From Eubacteriales bacterium (GTDB lineage: Bacteria > Bacillota > Clostridia > Oscillospirales > CAG-272), in contig JAZNEM010000113.1 in assembly GCA_045588595.1 (NCBI GenBank), forward strand, positions 1 to 45,858: a DNA stretch of 45,858 nt, read 5' to 3'. The notes beneath the pieces are model-generated. The model saw nothing but the letters and a program-made list of their open reading frames with translations. It was not told where the DNA came from and did not search any database. The position numbers and the translations under genes were made by a program. Of the stretch, positions 9,423 to 17,856 are shown piece after piece (positions within the stretch are counted from its first letter, which is position 1; each line of letters opens with the position of its first letter).

Positions 9423-10679
9423 TTAAATATCGTCGTTGCCCGAACGCATTATGTCGCCTGCAGAGACTTCAAATGGAACTTTTACAAAAAATCTTTGTGC
9501 GGGGTGCGGAGCGGACTCAAGCGGATCACCATTTTCTGAGAAAAGCTCGGTGACCTCGAACGCACGTCCGAATTTATTAGGCGAGATAAGCTCGGATTTG
9601 TCACCGATACTTACCTTGTTTCTTTGGATAAAAGGGAAGAGGTCGCATCTGTCTGCAAGTGAGTCGGGAAGAGGAAGCTCATCTTTTGAGAGAGCTGTTG
9701 CAAAATACGCTTTTTCGCGAATATATCCGTTTATTGTTGAAAGCTGTGGGTTTTCCATGGGAGAATCGAGATAGAATCCCGTGCAGTATTCACGATGTGA
9801 AACGCTTTCAAGCTCGCGCATAAGACGGGGGTCGTAGGTATATCTTTCGGGGTCACGCATATACGAGTCGATAGCCATGCGATAGGCATTCGTTACGACG
9901 GCAGTATAGTACGCGCTTTTCATTCTGCCCTCTATCTTGAACGACGATATTCCGGCCTCAATAAGCTTTGGAATTATCTCAATAGTGCACATATCCTTTG
10001 AAGACATGATGAAAGTGCCAAGCTCGTTTTGCTCAACGGGATAGGGCATTTCGGGTCGCTTTTCCTCGGTAACGGTATACACCCAACGGCAAGGCTGGGT
10101 ACACGCGCCGCGGTTCGCGTCTCTACCCGTCAGATTGTGTGAGAGCATACATCTTCCGCTATAAGACACACACATAGAGCCGTGGATAAAGGCTTCAAGC
10201 TCAACGCTATCGGGGAGAGAGTCTCGTATCGCTTTTATTTCATCAAGCGTAAGCTCGCGCGCGAGAACAAGACGTGTAGCTCCTAGTGCCGCATAGGCGT
10301 TTGCCGCCTTGGGACTTACGATGCTCGCTTGTGTTGAGATATGTATATCTACGTCGGGTAAAAGTTCCTTCGCGAGAGCCATAACACCGAGATCAGCGAC
10401 TATAAGAGCATCTATTCCGGCACCCTTTATGCTCGTCAGAAATTCACGGAGTGCGGGATATTCGTAGCCGTGAGGCATGGTGTTTAGCGTGAGATATATT
10501 TTCTTGCCGTGCGAATGAACGTATTCTGCGGCTGAGAAAAGCTCCTCGTCGGTAAAGTTGTCAGCGGCGGAGCGCATGCCAAAGCGTTTTCCCGCAAGAT
10601 ATACCGCGTCTGCACCGTAAAGAACGGCGGCTTTAAGTTTTTCAAAATTTCCCGCGGGGGATAGAAGTTCGGGTCTCAT
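9423..10679 (-). CDS. peptidase U32 family protein
   Basis: 418 aa. MRPELLSPAGN..., EAFIHGSMCVSYSGRCMLS (U32 signature) and C-terminal U32 beta-barrel-like region. Confidence 0.85.
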   Translation of the reverse strand: MRPELLSPAGNFEKLKAAVLYGADAVYLAGKRFGMRSAADNFTDEELFSAAEYVHSHGKKIYLTLNTMPHGYEYPALREFLTSIKGAGIDALIVADLGVMALAKELLPDVDIHISTQASIVSPKAANAYAALGATRLVLARELTLDEIKAIRDSLPDSVELEAFIHGSMCVSYSGRCMLSHNLTGRDANRGACTQPCRWVYTVTEEKRPEMPYPVEQNELGTFIMSSKDMCTIEIIPKLIEAGISSFKIEGRMKSAYYTAVVTNAYRMAIDSYMRDPERYTYDPRLMRELESVSHREYCTGFYLDSPMENPQLSTINGYIREKAYFATALSKDELPLPDSLADRCDLFPFIQRNKVSIGDKSELISPNKFGRAFEVTELFSENGDPLESAPHPAQRFFVKVPFEVSAGDIMRSGNDDI

Positions 10680-10730
10680 TTTTTATCTTCCTTTACGTTA
10701 TATGCATTAAAATAAGTAAACATTATAATA

Positions 10731-10759
10731 ATTATACGATATTTTGAGAGTTCTGTCAA
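10731..10759 (-). promoter_or_regulatory. consensus sigma-A promoter for the U32/uppP transcription unit
   Basis: Minus strand reads TTGACA (rc of 10754-10759), a 17-nt spacer, then TATAAT (rc of 10731-10736). Confidence 0.6.
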
Positions 10760-10791
10760 GAGGTTGCTATTTGACGAGAATTTACAGTTTT

Positions 10792-11610
10792 TTATTCTTG
10801 TTTAAAACAGCTTTTTTTATATTCTGTTGGGGTCATACCCACAAGCTCCTTGAACTTTCTGCTGAAATAATTTATATCTCCAAATCCGACGAGCAGAGCT
10901 ATGCTTCCGATAGACGTATCATCCTTTTCAAGAAAGGACTTCGCGTGGGTGATACGAACCTCATTTATGTATTCTATCACGCTCTTTCCCGATTTTTTCT
11001 TGAACAGGTGAGCGAAATACGACGGGCTTATGAAAAAACGATTCGCAAGAGCCGTCACGTTGAGATCCTCACTGTAATGCTTGTTTATAAATTCTACTAT
11101 CGAGTTGAATGTGTCAAGCCTTTTGAATTGTTTTTTGTAATCCTCTTCGTTCAGAACAGAGCTGACGTGGCGTTCGGTTATCAAAGAGAAAAACTCGTAA
11201 AGCTCTTTTTTTAGTGAGACGGTGTCTTTGAAGCTTTCGCTCGAACGTTTGTTTATAATGTGCTCAAGCAGCGCGGAGCATTCTTCGTCACGGATAAGAT
11301 TTTCGAAGATAACGTATTCGTTTCCGATAAGATTGTGAAAGAAATCGGTGTTTACATGGATACAGTAATACGACGAGCCGTAGCCGCGTATCGTTCCCGA
11401 ATGAAGCTCTTTTCCGTTTACGAAAACGATGTCTCCTTTTCTGACATTCAATTCCTTAAGATCGCAGAAAACAGAGGATTCTCCTCTTGTAAAATACAGT
11501 ATTTCTATTTCCTCGTGCCAATTAACGTGATCGCGAGATACATGATCCTCAAAGCGCCTTATTAGGATCGGTAAGTCTGACATCGGGAGGGATTCATAGA
11601 TGCTTTTCAT
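10792..11610 (-). CDS. AraC family transcriptional regulator (cupin sensor plus HTH)
   Basis: 272 aa. C-terminal dual HTH SPSYFAHLFKKKSGKSVIEYINEVRITHAKSFL...INYFSRKFKELVGMTPTEY. Divergent from the oxidoreductase gene. Confidence 0.85.
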   Translation of the reverse strand: MKSIYESLPMSDLPILIRRFEDHVSRDHVNWHEEIEILYFTRGESSVFCDLKELNVRKGDIVFVNGKELHSGTIRGYGSSYYCIHVNTDFFHNLIGNEYVIFENLIRDEECSALLEHIINKRSSESFKDTVSLKKELYEFFSLITERHVSSVLNEEDYKKQFKRLDTFNSIVEFINKHYSEDLNVTALANRFFISPSYFAHLFKKKSGKSVIEYINEVRITHAKSFLEKDDTSIGSIALLVGFGDINYFSRKFKELVGMTPTEYKKSCFKQE

Positions 11611-11719
11611 ATATATTTCCTCAAATTTTAATAAATAAGAGCAGTTTTGTGCTATAAATCGCTCTTTATATATGATATAATAAAATCACTCAAATGTCAA
11701 TAAATAAAGGAGAAATAAT

Positions 11720-13009
11720 ATGGAAAAACAAATCACAGTCGTTCTTTTGGGCGCAGGAAACAGAGCAGATAAATACGCATCTCTCTGCTTTGAGTTTCCC
11801 GAGAAGTTAAAAGTAGTGGGAATAGTTGATCCCGACCCTGTTAGAACAAAGCTTATGAGAGAAAAGTACGAAGTACCGCTTGAGAATTGCTTTGCCGACG
11901 TTTCCGAGTTCGTAAAGAGAGAAAAATTTGCGGATGCGGTTATAAATGGAACGATGGATCAGCTCCACGTTGAGACTTCTATTCCCGTTCTTGAAATGGG
12001 CTACGATCTTTTACTTGAAAAGCCCTTTGCTGTAAACGAGGAGGAAATGAACGAGCTTTGCGAGGTCGCTAAAAAGTACGGAAGCCGAGTCGTTATCGGT
12101 CACGTTCTTCGATACACCGATTTTTATCGTGCCGTAAAGGAGCGCGTTTTGTCGGGTGAGATAGGAAAGATAATTTCCATTGAGATGTGCGAGCACGTAA
12201 GCTATCACCACATGGCAGTATCTTACGTTCGTGGAAAATGGCGTTCCGAGAAGCTCTGCTTTGCGCCTATGCTTTTAGCTAAATCTTGTCACGATATGGA
12301 TATCATGCTTTGGATGATGAACGATACACAGCCCGTATCCGTTGCAAGCTTCGGTGACGACTTCCAGTTCGGTCTTGAGAGAAAACCCGAGGGCGCAGGC
12401 TCTCGCTGTATGGCAGACTGTCCGTACGTTGACGAGTGCATATTCTCTGCAAAGTCAAATTATCTTGATGCGACAAGATGGGTACATTACGTATGGAGAA
12501 GCCTTGAGGGAGAGGGCGAGCTCAGTGCCGAGAGAAAGGCAGAATCGCTCAGTACCGATAATAACTACGGCAGATGCGTATGGGATTTCGAACGTGACGG
12601 AAACGTGGATCACCAGACTGTTATCGTTAATTTCGCAAACGGAGCTACGGGTAGCTTCAGCATGGTAGGCGGAAGCGCTAAACCCGAAAGAAATATACAT
12701 ATCGTCGGTACGAGAGGCGAGATAAAGGGAACGTTTGAGGATTCCAAGTTCGTTGTTCGAAAAATGACACCGAGTGTTAAGATCGGTTATGAGGAAAAGT
12801 TCTACGACCTCAAGGAAGGCGGAGATAAGATAGGTATGTCGGGAGGACACGGAGGCGGAGACAGAGGTCTTACGATCGACTTTGTTGATTATCTCAATAC
12901 GGGTAATATTTCGGTGTCCTGTGCAACGCTTGAGGATTCCAAGATAAGTCATCACGCGGTATTCTGTGCGGAGAAAGCAAGAAAGAGCGGAAATATCGTT
13001 AAGCTTTAA
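11720..13009 (+). CDS. Gfo/Idh/MocA family oxidoreductase
   Basis: 429 aa. N-terminal Rossmann VVLLGAGNRADKY and the LLEKPFAV (EKP) motif. AAGGAG SD. Confidence 0.8.
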   Translation: MEKQITVVLLGAGNRADKYASLCFEFPEKLKVVGIVDPDPVRTKLMREKYEVPLENCFADVSEFVKREKFADAVINGTMDQLHVETSIPVLEMGYDLLLEKPFAVNEEEMNELCEVAKKYGSRVVIGHVLRYTDFYRAVKERVLSGEIGKIISIEMCEHVSYHHMAVSYVRGKWRSEKLCFAPMLLAKSCHDMDIMLWMMNDTQPVSVASFGDDFQFGLERKPEGAGSRCMADCPYVDECIFSAKSNYLDATRWVHYVWRSLEGEGELSAERKAESLSTDNNYGRCVWDFERDGNVDHQTVIVNFANGATGSFSMVGGSAKPERNIHIVGTRGEIKGTFEDSKFVVRKMTPSVKIGYEEKFYDLKEGGDKIGMSGGHGGGDRGLTIDFVDYLNTGNISVSCATLEDSKISHHAVFCAEKARKSGNIVKL

Positions 13010-13017
13010 AAATATCA

Positions 13018-13058
13018 AGAGGTTAAGCTGTTAAAATCGGCTTAACCTCTGTTTTTTT
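13018..13058 (+). terminator. intrinsic terminator
   Basis: AGAGGTTAAGC-(11 nt)-GCTTAACCTCT forms an 11-bp perfect stem followed by GTTTTTTT, 9 nt after the oxidoreductase stop. Confidence 0.85.
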
Positions 13059-13065
13059 GTGTAGT

Positions 13066-13204
13066 AAAAGCTGATATTCAAACAAATTGCGGTTTGTCGG
13101 GGAGTTTTATAAACATGGTATAGCGCAACAAGTCGGGTTTTGCGTAGCAAATTCGCGGGACGCAACCGCGAACCGACTTGTTGACCGAGTTGTGAAACAA
13201 CTCG
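13066..13204. repeat. hairpin cluster, possibly a divergent member of the mosaic repeat family
   Basis: An 11-bp stem CAACAAGTCGG (13126-13136) / CCGACTTGTTG (13173-13183) encloses GCGGGACGCAACCGC. An 8-bp hairpin CGAGTTGTGAAACAACTCG lies at 13186-13204. The rc of 13078-13091 (CAATTTGTTTGAAT) resembles the CAATTTGTTTTGATTGAAT linker of the 33083-33381 copy. Confidence 0.4.
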
Positions 13205-13342
13205 CAAAATCAAAATTTGAAATTCTTAAATGTATTTTTCTTTCATAGATTTTTATAAATTTAGCTCTTGTAAATTTTTGAAAAGTATGTTAAAATATAA
13301 TATGTATAATTATATTTAGTAATATTTATAAAGGAGCATATA

Positions 13343-14188
13343 ATGGGTAAGATAAAAATCACTTGTGATTCGACCTGTGACCTTACTGCAGAGCTTTATG
13401 AGAAATACAACGTTGAGGTTATTCCTCTTGGTATAACGCTTGGCGAAGAGCTTTACCATGACGGTGTTGATATAACATCGGCAGACGTTTTCAAATACGT
13501 CAGCGAAACGGGTGAGTTGCCGATGACCTCTGCTATTTCGGTAGGAGAATACGAGGATATTTTCAAAAAGTACGTTGACGACGGATATTCGGTAATACAT
13601 ATCAACATTTCGGGCGAATTTTCGTCCTGCTACCGTAACGCGTGTATCGCGGCAGAGGATATAGGCGGAGTTTATCCGATCGATAGCCGAAACCTTTCAA
13701 GCGGCTCGGGTCACCTCGTTATAGAGGCGGCAAGGATGGCAGAAGCGGGAATGGATGCCGAAGAGATAGTTTCAAAGCTTCATGAGCTTATAGAAAAGCT
13801 TGACGTAAGCTTTGTACTTCAGACTCTTGAATATTTAAGAAAGGGCGGAAGATGCTCGGGAATAGTCGCTCTCGGTGCAAATCTGCTCCAATTAAAGCCC
13901 GAGATAGAGGTAGGAGAGGGCAAGATGCATGTCGGCAGAAAATACCGCGGAAAGATCGACAGATCGGTTTCCGATTACATTCGCGGCAGACTTGAGGGCA
14001 GAGATGATATCGTTTACGACCGCATCTTCGTAACTCACTCGCATGCGCCGCGTGAGATAGTTGACGAGGCGATAAAGCTCGTAGGAGAGCTTCACCCCTT
14101 TACAGAAGTAATAGAAACGGTCGCGGGCTGTACCATATCAAGCCATTGCGGACCTGCTTGCCTCGGGGTTCTGTTCTTTAAGAAGTAA
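13343..14188 (+). CDS. DegV family fatty-acid-binding protein
   Basis: 281 aa. The N-terminus KITCDSTCDL is the characteristic DegV start. AAGGAG SD. Confidence 0.88.
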   Translation: MGKIKITCDSTCDLTAELYEKYNVEVIPLGITLGEELYHDGVDITSADVFKYVSETGELPMTSAISVGEYEDIFKKYVDDGYSVIHINISGEFSSCYRNACIAAEDIGGVYPIDSRNLSSGSGHLVIEAARMAEAGMDAEEIVSKLHELIEKLDVSFVLQTLEYLRKGGRCSGIVALGANLLQLKPEIEVGEGKMHVGRKYRGKIDRSVSDYIRGRLEGRDDIVYDRIFVTHSHAPREIVDEAIKLVGELHPFTEVIETVAGCTISSHCGPACLGVLFFKK

Positions 14189-14205
14189 GCAAAAAGAGGG
14201 ATATC

Positions 14206-14679
14206 ATGTCTGTAGAAAAGGTAAGAGAATATTTGTCCGAATACGGACTTGCGGAACGTATCCGCGAATTTGACGTATCGAGCGCGACAGTAGAGCTTGC
14301 CGCCGAGGCTCTCGGCACGGAGGGGGCAAGAATAGCCAAAAGCATTACCTTGCACGACGGTGCGGACGGTTGTATAATGATAATCTGCGCGGGTGACTAT
14401 AAAATAGATAATTCGCTTTTTAAAGGGAGATTCGGCTTCAAGGCGCGTATGCTTACGCCCGATGAGGCATTGGCTCTCACGGGTCACGCGGTAGGCGGTA
14501 TATGTCCGTTTGCTCTTCCTGACGGAGTGCAGGTCTATCTTGATGAATCGCTCCGACGCTTTGATATAATTTATCCCGCGGCAGGTTCTTCGGCAAGCGC
14601 TGTTGAACTCAGTTGCGATGAGCTTTTAAAGGCTTCGCGAGCTATCTCGTGGGAGACTCTTTGCAAACCGAGGAGTTAA
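14206..14679 (+). CDS. YbaK/ProX-type aminoacyl-tRNA editing (deacylase) domain protein
   Basis: 157 aa. GHAVGGICPFAL motif and a size typical of free-standing YbaK/EbsC proteins. Confidence 0.75.
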   Translation: MSVEKVREYLSEYGLAERIREFDVSSATVELAAEALGTEGARIAKSITLHDGADGCIMIICAGDYKIDNSLFKGRFGFKARMLTPDEALALTGHAVGGICPFALPDGVQVYLDESLRRFDIIYPAAGSSASAVELSCDELLKASRAISWETLCKPRS

Positions 14680-14769
14680 GGACGCGCGTTACTTTTTCTT
14701 TTGAAAAAGAAAAAGTAACCAAAAAGAAAACATAACCCAAAAGAAAACATAACCGAAAAGAAAACTATT
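14680..14769 (-). repeat. partial mosaic-repeat copy (terminus plus H4, inverted orientation) followed by three tandem 17-nt repeats
   Basis: GGACGCG starts immediately after the ybaK-like TAA. Hairpin GTTACTTTTTCTTT-GAA-AAAGAAAAAGTAAC lies at 14688-14719. It is followed by CCAAAAAGAAAACATAA / CCCAAAAGAAAACATAA / CCGAAAAGAAAACTATT (14719-14769). Confidence 0.75.
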
Positions 14770-14821
14770 GAAAAAACGATCAGAGTATTTATCAAAATAA
14801 ATTTATTTTCAGAGGTAATTA

Positions 14822-16822
14822 ATGGCAAATAACAAAGAAACGCCAAAACAATATAACGATCAAAGTATAAAATCCTTAAAGGGTGCAGACCGAGTAAGAA
14901 AAAGACCTGCGGTCATTTTCGGTTCGGACGGTCTTGAGGGCTGTGAGCACTCATTTTTCGAGATACTCTCAAACTCCGTCGACGAAGCGAAAGAGGGACA
15001 CGGTTCTGTAATAAGAGTAACGGCATTTCTTGATAACTCTATTCAGGTCGATGACCACGGACGCGGAGTTCCGCTCGGATACAACGAGGCTGAGGGCAGA
15101 TGGAACTGGGATCTTATTTACTGTGAGCTTTACGCGGGCGGTAAGTACGATAACAATAATGGCGACTCTGCATATGAATATTCATTGGGACTCAACGGTC
15201 TTGGTGCTTGTGCTACACAGTACAGTTCGGAGTATATGGACGTATATTCCTACGACGGCATCAATGAATACAGTATAAAGTTCCGCAAGGGAGAACCCGT
15301 GAGCGAGCTTATGACTCGCCCTCTTGAGAAAAATGAAAGAAGAACGGGAACGGTTGTCCGTTGGAAGCCTGACCTTGACGTTTTTACAGACATAAGCATT
15401 CCGAGTGAATTCTTTATTGAGACTATGAAGCGTCAGTCGGTCGTGAATCCCAAGATATCTTTTGTGCTTGCAATAGAGACAGAGAAGGGAAAATTCAGTG
15501 AGCAGACCTTTGTTTACGAGAACGGAATTATCGATTACGTTTCGGAGACAGTTGGAGAAAACAGTCTTACTGCTCCTGTGCTCTGGCATATGGAGACTCG
15601 CGGACGCGACCGTGCGGACAAGGACGAGTATAAAGTAAAGGCGGATTTTTCTTTCTGCGTTTCAAACACGGTTCACGGTCTTGAATATTATCATAACTCA
15701 AGCTTCCTTGAGCATGGCGGCTCACCCGATAAGGCGGTCAAGGTCGCATTCGTTTACGCTCTTGATAAATACCTGAAGAATATGGGTAAATATAACAAGA
15801 GCGAATCAAAGATAACTTTCCCCGACGTTGCCGATTGTCTGATGCTTGTTATAAACAGTGTTTCTACGCTGACGTCTTATGAAAACCAGACGAAAAAGGC
15901 TATAAACAATACCTTTATATACGAAGCAATGGCAGAATTTCTCAAGAACAATCTGGAGATATACTTCGTTGAAAATCCCACTGCAGCCGAGATATTTGCA
16001 AATCAGGTGCTTATCAACAAGCGAAGCCGTGAGAATGCTGAGGCAACGCGACTCAATATCAAGAAAAAGCTGACACAGACCATCGACATGGCGAACAGTG
16101 TTGAAAAGTTCGTCAACTGCCGTTCAAAAGACCCCGACAAGCGCGAGCTTTATATCGTTGAGGGAGACTCTGCTCTTACGTCTTGTAAGCTCGGACGAGA
16201 TGCCGAGTTTCAGGCGATAATACCCGTTCGCGGAAAGACACTCAACTGTATGAAGAGCACTTACGAAAAGATATTCAAGAGCGACATCATTACCGACCTT
16301 CTTCGAGTTATAGGCTGTGGAGTTGAGATAACGGGCAAGGTCAAGACCGACCTTGCGGCTTTCAATATCAATTCGTTGCGTTGGTCAAAGATAATCATTT
16401 GTACCGATGCCGACGAGGACGGATTCCAGATACGTACGCTTTTGCTCACACTCTTCTACCGTCTGCTTCCCACTCTTCTTAAAGAGGGAAAGGTGTTTAT
16501 CGCGGAATCGCCCCTCTTTGAGATAAGCGTCAAGGACGATACCTATTTTGCCTACAACGAATTTGAAAAAGCCGATATTTTGAAGAAGCTTGAGGGGCAG
16601 AAATACAGTATCCAGCGTTCAAAGGGACTTGGTGAAAACCAGCCCGACATGATGTGGCAGACGACGATGAATCCCGCAACGCGACGTCTTATTTCGGTAA
16701 CGCCTACCGATGCGCAAAAGACAGAGGAGATGTTCGACACTCTGCTTGGTGACAACCTGCCTGCGCGTAAGGAATTTATCGCTCTTCACGGAAGCGAATA
16801 TATGAAGGACGCGGATATTTAA
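14822..16822 (+). CDS. type IIA DNA topoisomerase subunit B (divergent GyrB/ParE-like)
   Basis: 666 aa. GHKL N-box EILSNSVDEA, G1 DDHGRGVP, G2 GLNGLGACA, transducer ENQTKKA. Toprim ELYIVEGDSA, PVRGKTLN, ICTDADEDG. C-terminal RSKGLGEN and WQTTMNP. Confidence 0.85.
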   Translation: MANNKETPKQYNDQSIKSLKGADRVRKRPAVIFGSDGLEGCEHSFFEILSNSVDEAKEGHGSVIRVTAFLDNSIQVDDHGRGVPLGYNEAEGRWNWDLIYCELYAGGKYDNNNGDSAYEYSLGLNGLGACATQYSSEYMDVYSYDGINEYSIKFRKGEPVSELMTRPLEKNERRTGTVVRWKPDLDVFTDISIPSEFFIETMKRQSVVNPKISFVLAIETEKGKFSEQTFVYENGIIDYVSETVGENSLTAPVLWHMETRGRDRADKDEYKVKADFSFCVSNTVHGLEYYHNSSFLEHGGSPDKAVKVAFVYALDKYLKNMGKYNKSESKITFPDVADCLMLVINSVSTLTSYENQTKKAINNTFIYEAMAEFLKNNLEIYFVENPTAAEIFANQVLINKRSRENAEATRLNIKKKLTQTIDMANSVEKFVNCRSKDPDKRELYIVEGDSALTSCKLGRDAEFQAIIPVRGKTLNCMKSTYEKIFKSDIITDLLRVIGCGVEITGKVKTDLAAFNINSLRWSKIIICTDADEDGFQIRTLLLTLFYRLLPTLLKEGKVFIAESPLFEISVKDDTYFAYNEFEKADILKKLEGQKYSIQRSKGLGENQPDMMWQTTMNPATRRLISVTPTDAQKTEEMFDTLLGDNLPARKEFIALHGSEYMKDADI

Positions 16823-16863
16823 CGGTAATAGCTTTTAACATCCGTGAAAGGAGGATTTTTCTC

Positions 16864-17589
16864 ATGTTTAATAAAAATGAAAAGATAAGAGAAAGACTCG
16901 AGAAAATAGAAGAAGCGGTAAATGACGATACTGCCATGCACGAGCTTACAGAACGTTATCGTCCGCTTATTTTGAGAACGGCTTGTTCCGTATGCGGACG
17001 CTTTATAACCGTGCATGACGACGAGTACGCCATAGCTCTTGAAGCCTTTTGCGACGCTATGCGGCGGTATAACGGTCAAGCATCTCCCGAGACTTACGCA
17101 AAGGTCGTTATACGCAATCGCTTGATAGACCATATGAGAGCAAGCAAGCCATCGACCGTTTCGCTTGATGCCGAGATGGAGTCGGGATTTGAGCCGTCGG
17201 ACGAGATTGACTCGGAGAGACAGGCTCTCGCGGAGGCTACTCGCGCCGAGATAGCGGAGCTATCGGATATTTTGCAGGAATACGGTATATCCTTTACCGA
17301 ACTTCCGTCGGTGTCACCGAAACATGAAAAGACTCGTCACGAGTGCGGAAGAGTCGTTCGTTTTCTGTGTGATTCTCCAAAGCTATGCGCGGAAATGAGA
17401 AGAAAAAAGGCTCTTCCTATAAAAGAGATATGTCAAAATTGCATTATACCCCGAAAAACAGTTGAGAGACATCGTAAATATATTGTGACGGCTACGGAAG
17501 TGTGTATTGGTTGTTTTCCGATAATTTCGGAGTATTTAAAGAAATACCTTCCGCCTAAATCGGTATTATGTGCCGATGCGCCAATATAA
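16864..17589 (+). CDS. sigI: RNA polymerase sigma-I family factor
   Basis: 241 aa. Sigma-70 region-2-like N-terminus (ELTERYRPLILRTACSV...) and the C-terminal SigI-type domain. Immediately followed by a gene with an RsgI N-terminal domain. GGAGG SD. Confidence 0.7.
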   Translation: MFNKNEKIRERLEKIEEAVNDDTAMHELTERYRPLILRTACSVCGRFITVHDDEYAIALEAFCDAMRRYNGQASPETYAKVVIRNRLIDHMRASKPSTVSLDAEMESGFEPSDEIDSERQALAEATRAEIAELSDILQEYGISFTELPSVSPKHEKTRHECGRVVRFLCDSPKLCAEMRRKKALPIKEICQNCIIPRKTVERHRKYIVTATEVCIGCFPIISEYLKKYLPPKSVLCADAPI

Positions 17590-17610
17590 AGACGAAAGGA
17601 GACATTTGAC

Positions 17611-17856
17611 ATGATGAATGCAGTTGTTTTGGAGCTTCGTGACGATAAGCGTGCCGTGGCTCTTGATGCAAACGGCAGATTTAGACTTATCGCTAACGAT
17701 AATTATCGAATCGGTCAGACTGTTCAGGTCAGAAAAATATCTCGTTTCGTGCGCCCCAGCGATTATAAAAAAATGACCCTCGCCCTCCTCTGTGTTGGCG
17801 CGGTCACTATTTCCGCAAGCATAGCCGCTATTATCCGTTCCTCTGACAAACATTAA
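17611..17856 (+). CDS. rsgI: minimal anti-sigma-I factor (RsgI N-terminal domain plus one TM helix, no sensor domain)
   Basis: 81 aa. MMNAVVLELRDDKRAVALDANGRFRLIANDNYRIGQTVQV matches the RsgI_N pattern, followed by TM segment MTLALLCVGAVTISASIAAII and only 8 further residues. GGAG SD. Confidence 0.65.
   Translation: MMNAVVLELRDDKRAVALDANGRFRLIANDNYRIGQTVQVRKISRFVRPSDYKKMTLALLCVGAVTISASIAAIIRSSDKH

Noticed and set aside
12455-13018. 187-aa minus-strand ORF
   Set aside because: Antisense to the 3' half of the Gfo/Idh/MocA oxidoreductase gene. It would have to start inside the plus-strand terminator region.
14092-14487. 131-aa minus-strand ORF spanning the degV / ybaK-like junction
   Set aside because: It overlaps two well-supported plus-strand genes and has no SD. 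Shadow ORF.
14719-14769. Three tandem 17-nt repeats considered as a possible CRISPR or mini-array
   Set aside because: The units are directly adjacent with no spacers, are A-rich and non-palindromic, and no cas genes are present. This is a simple tandem duplication attached to a repeat-element end.
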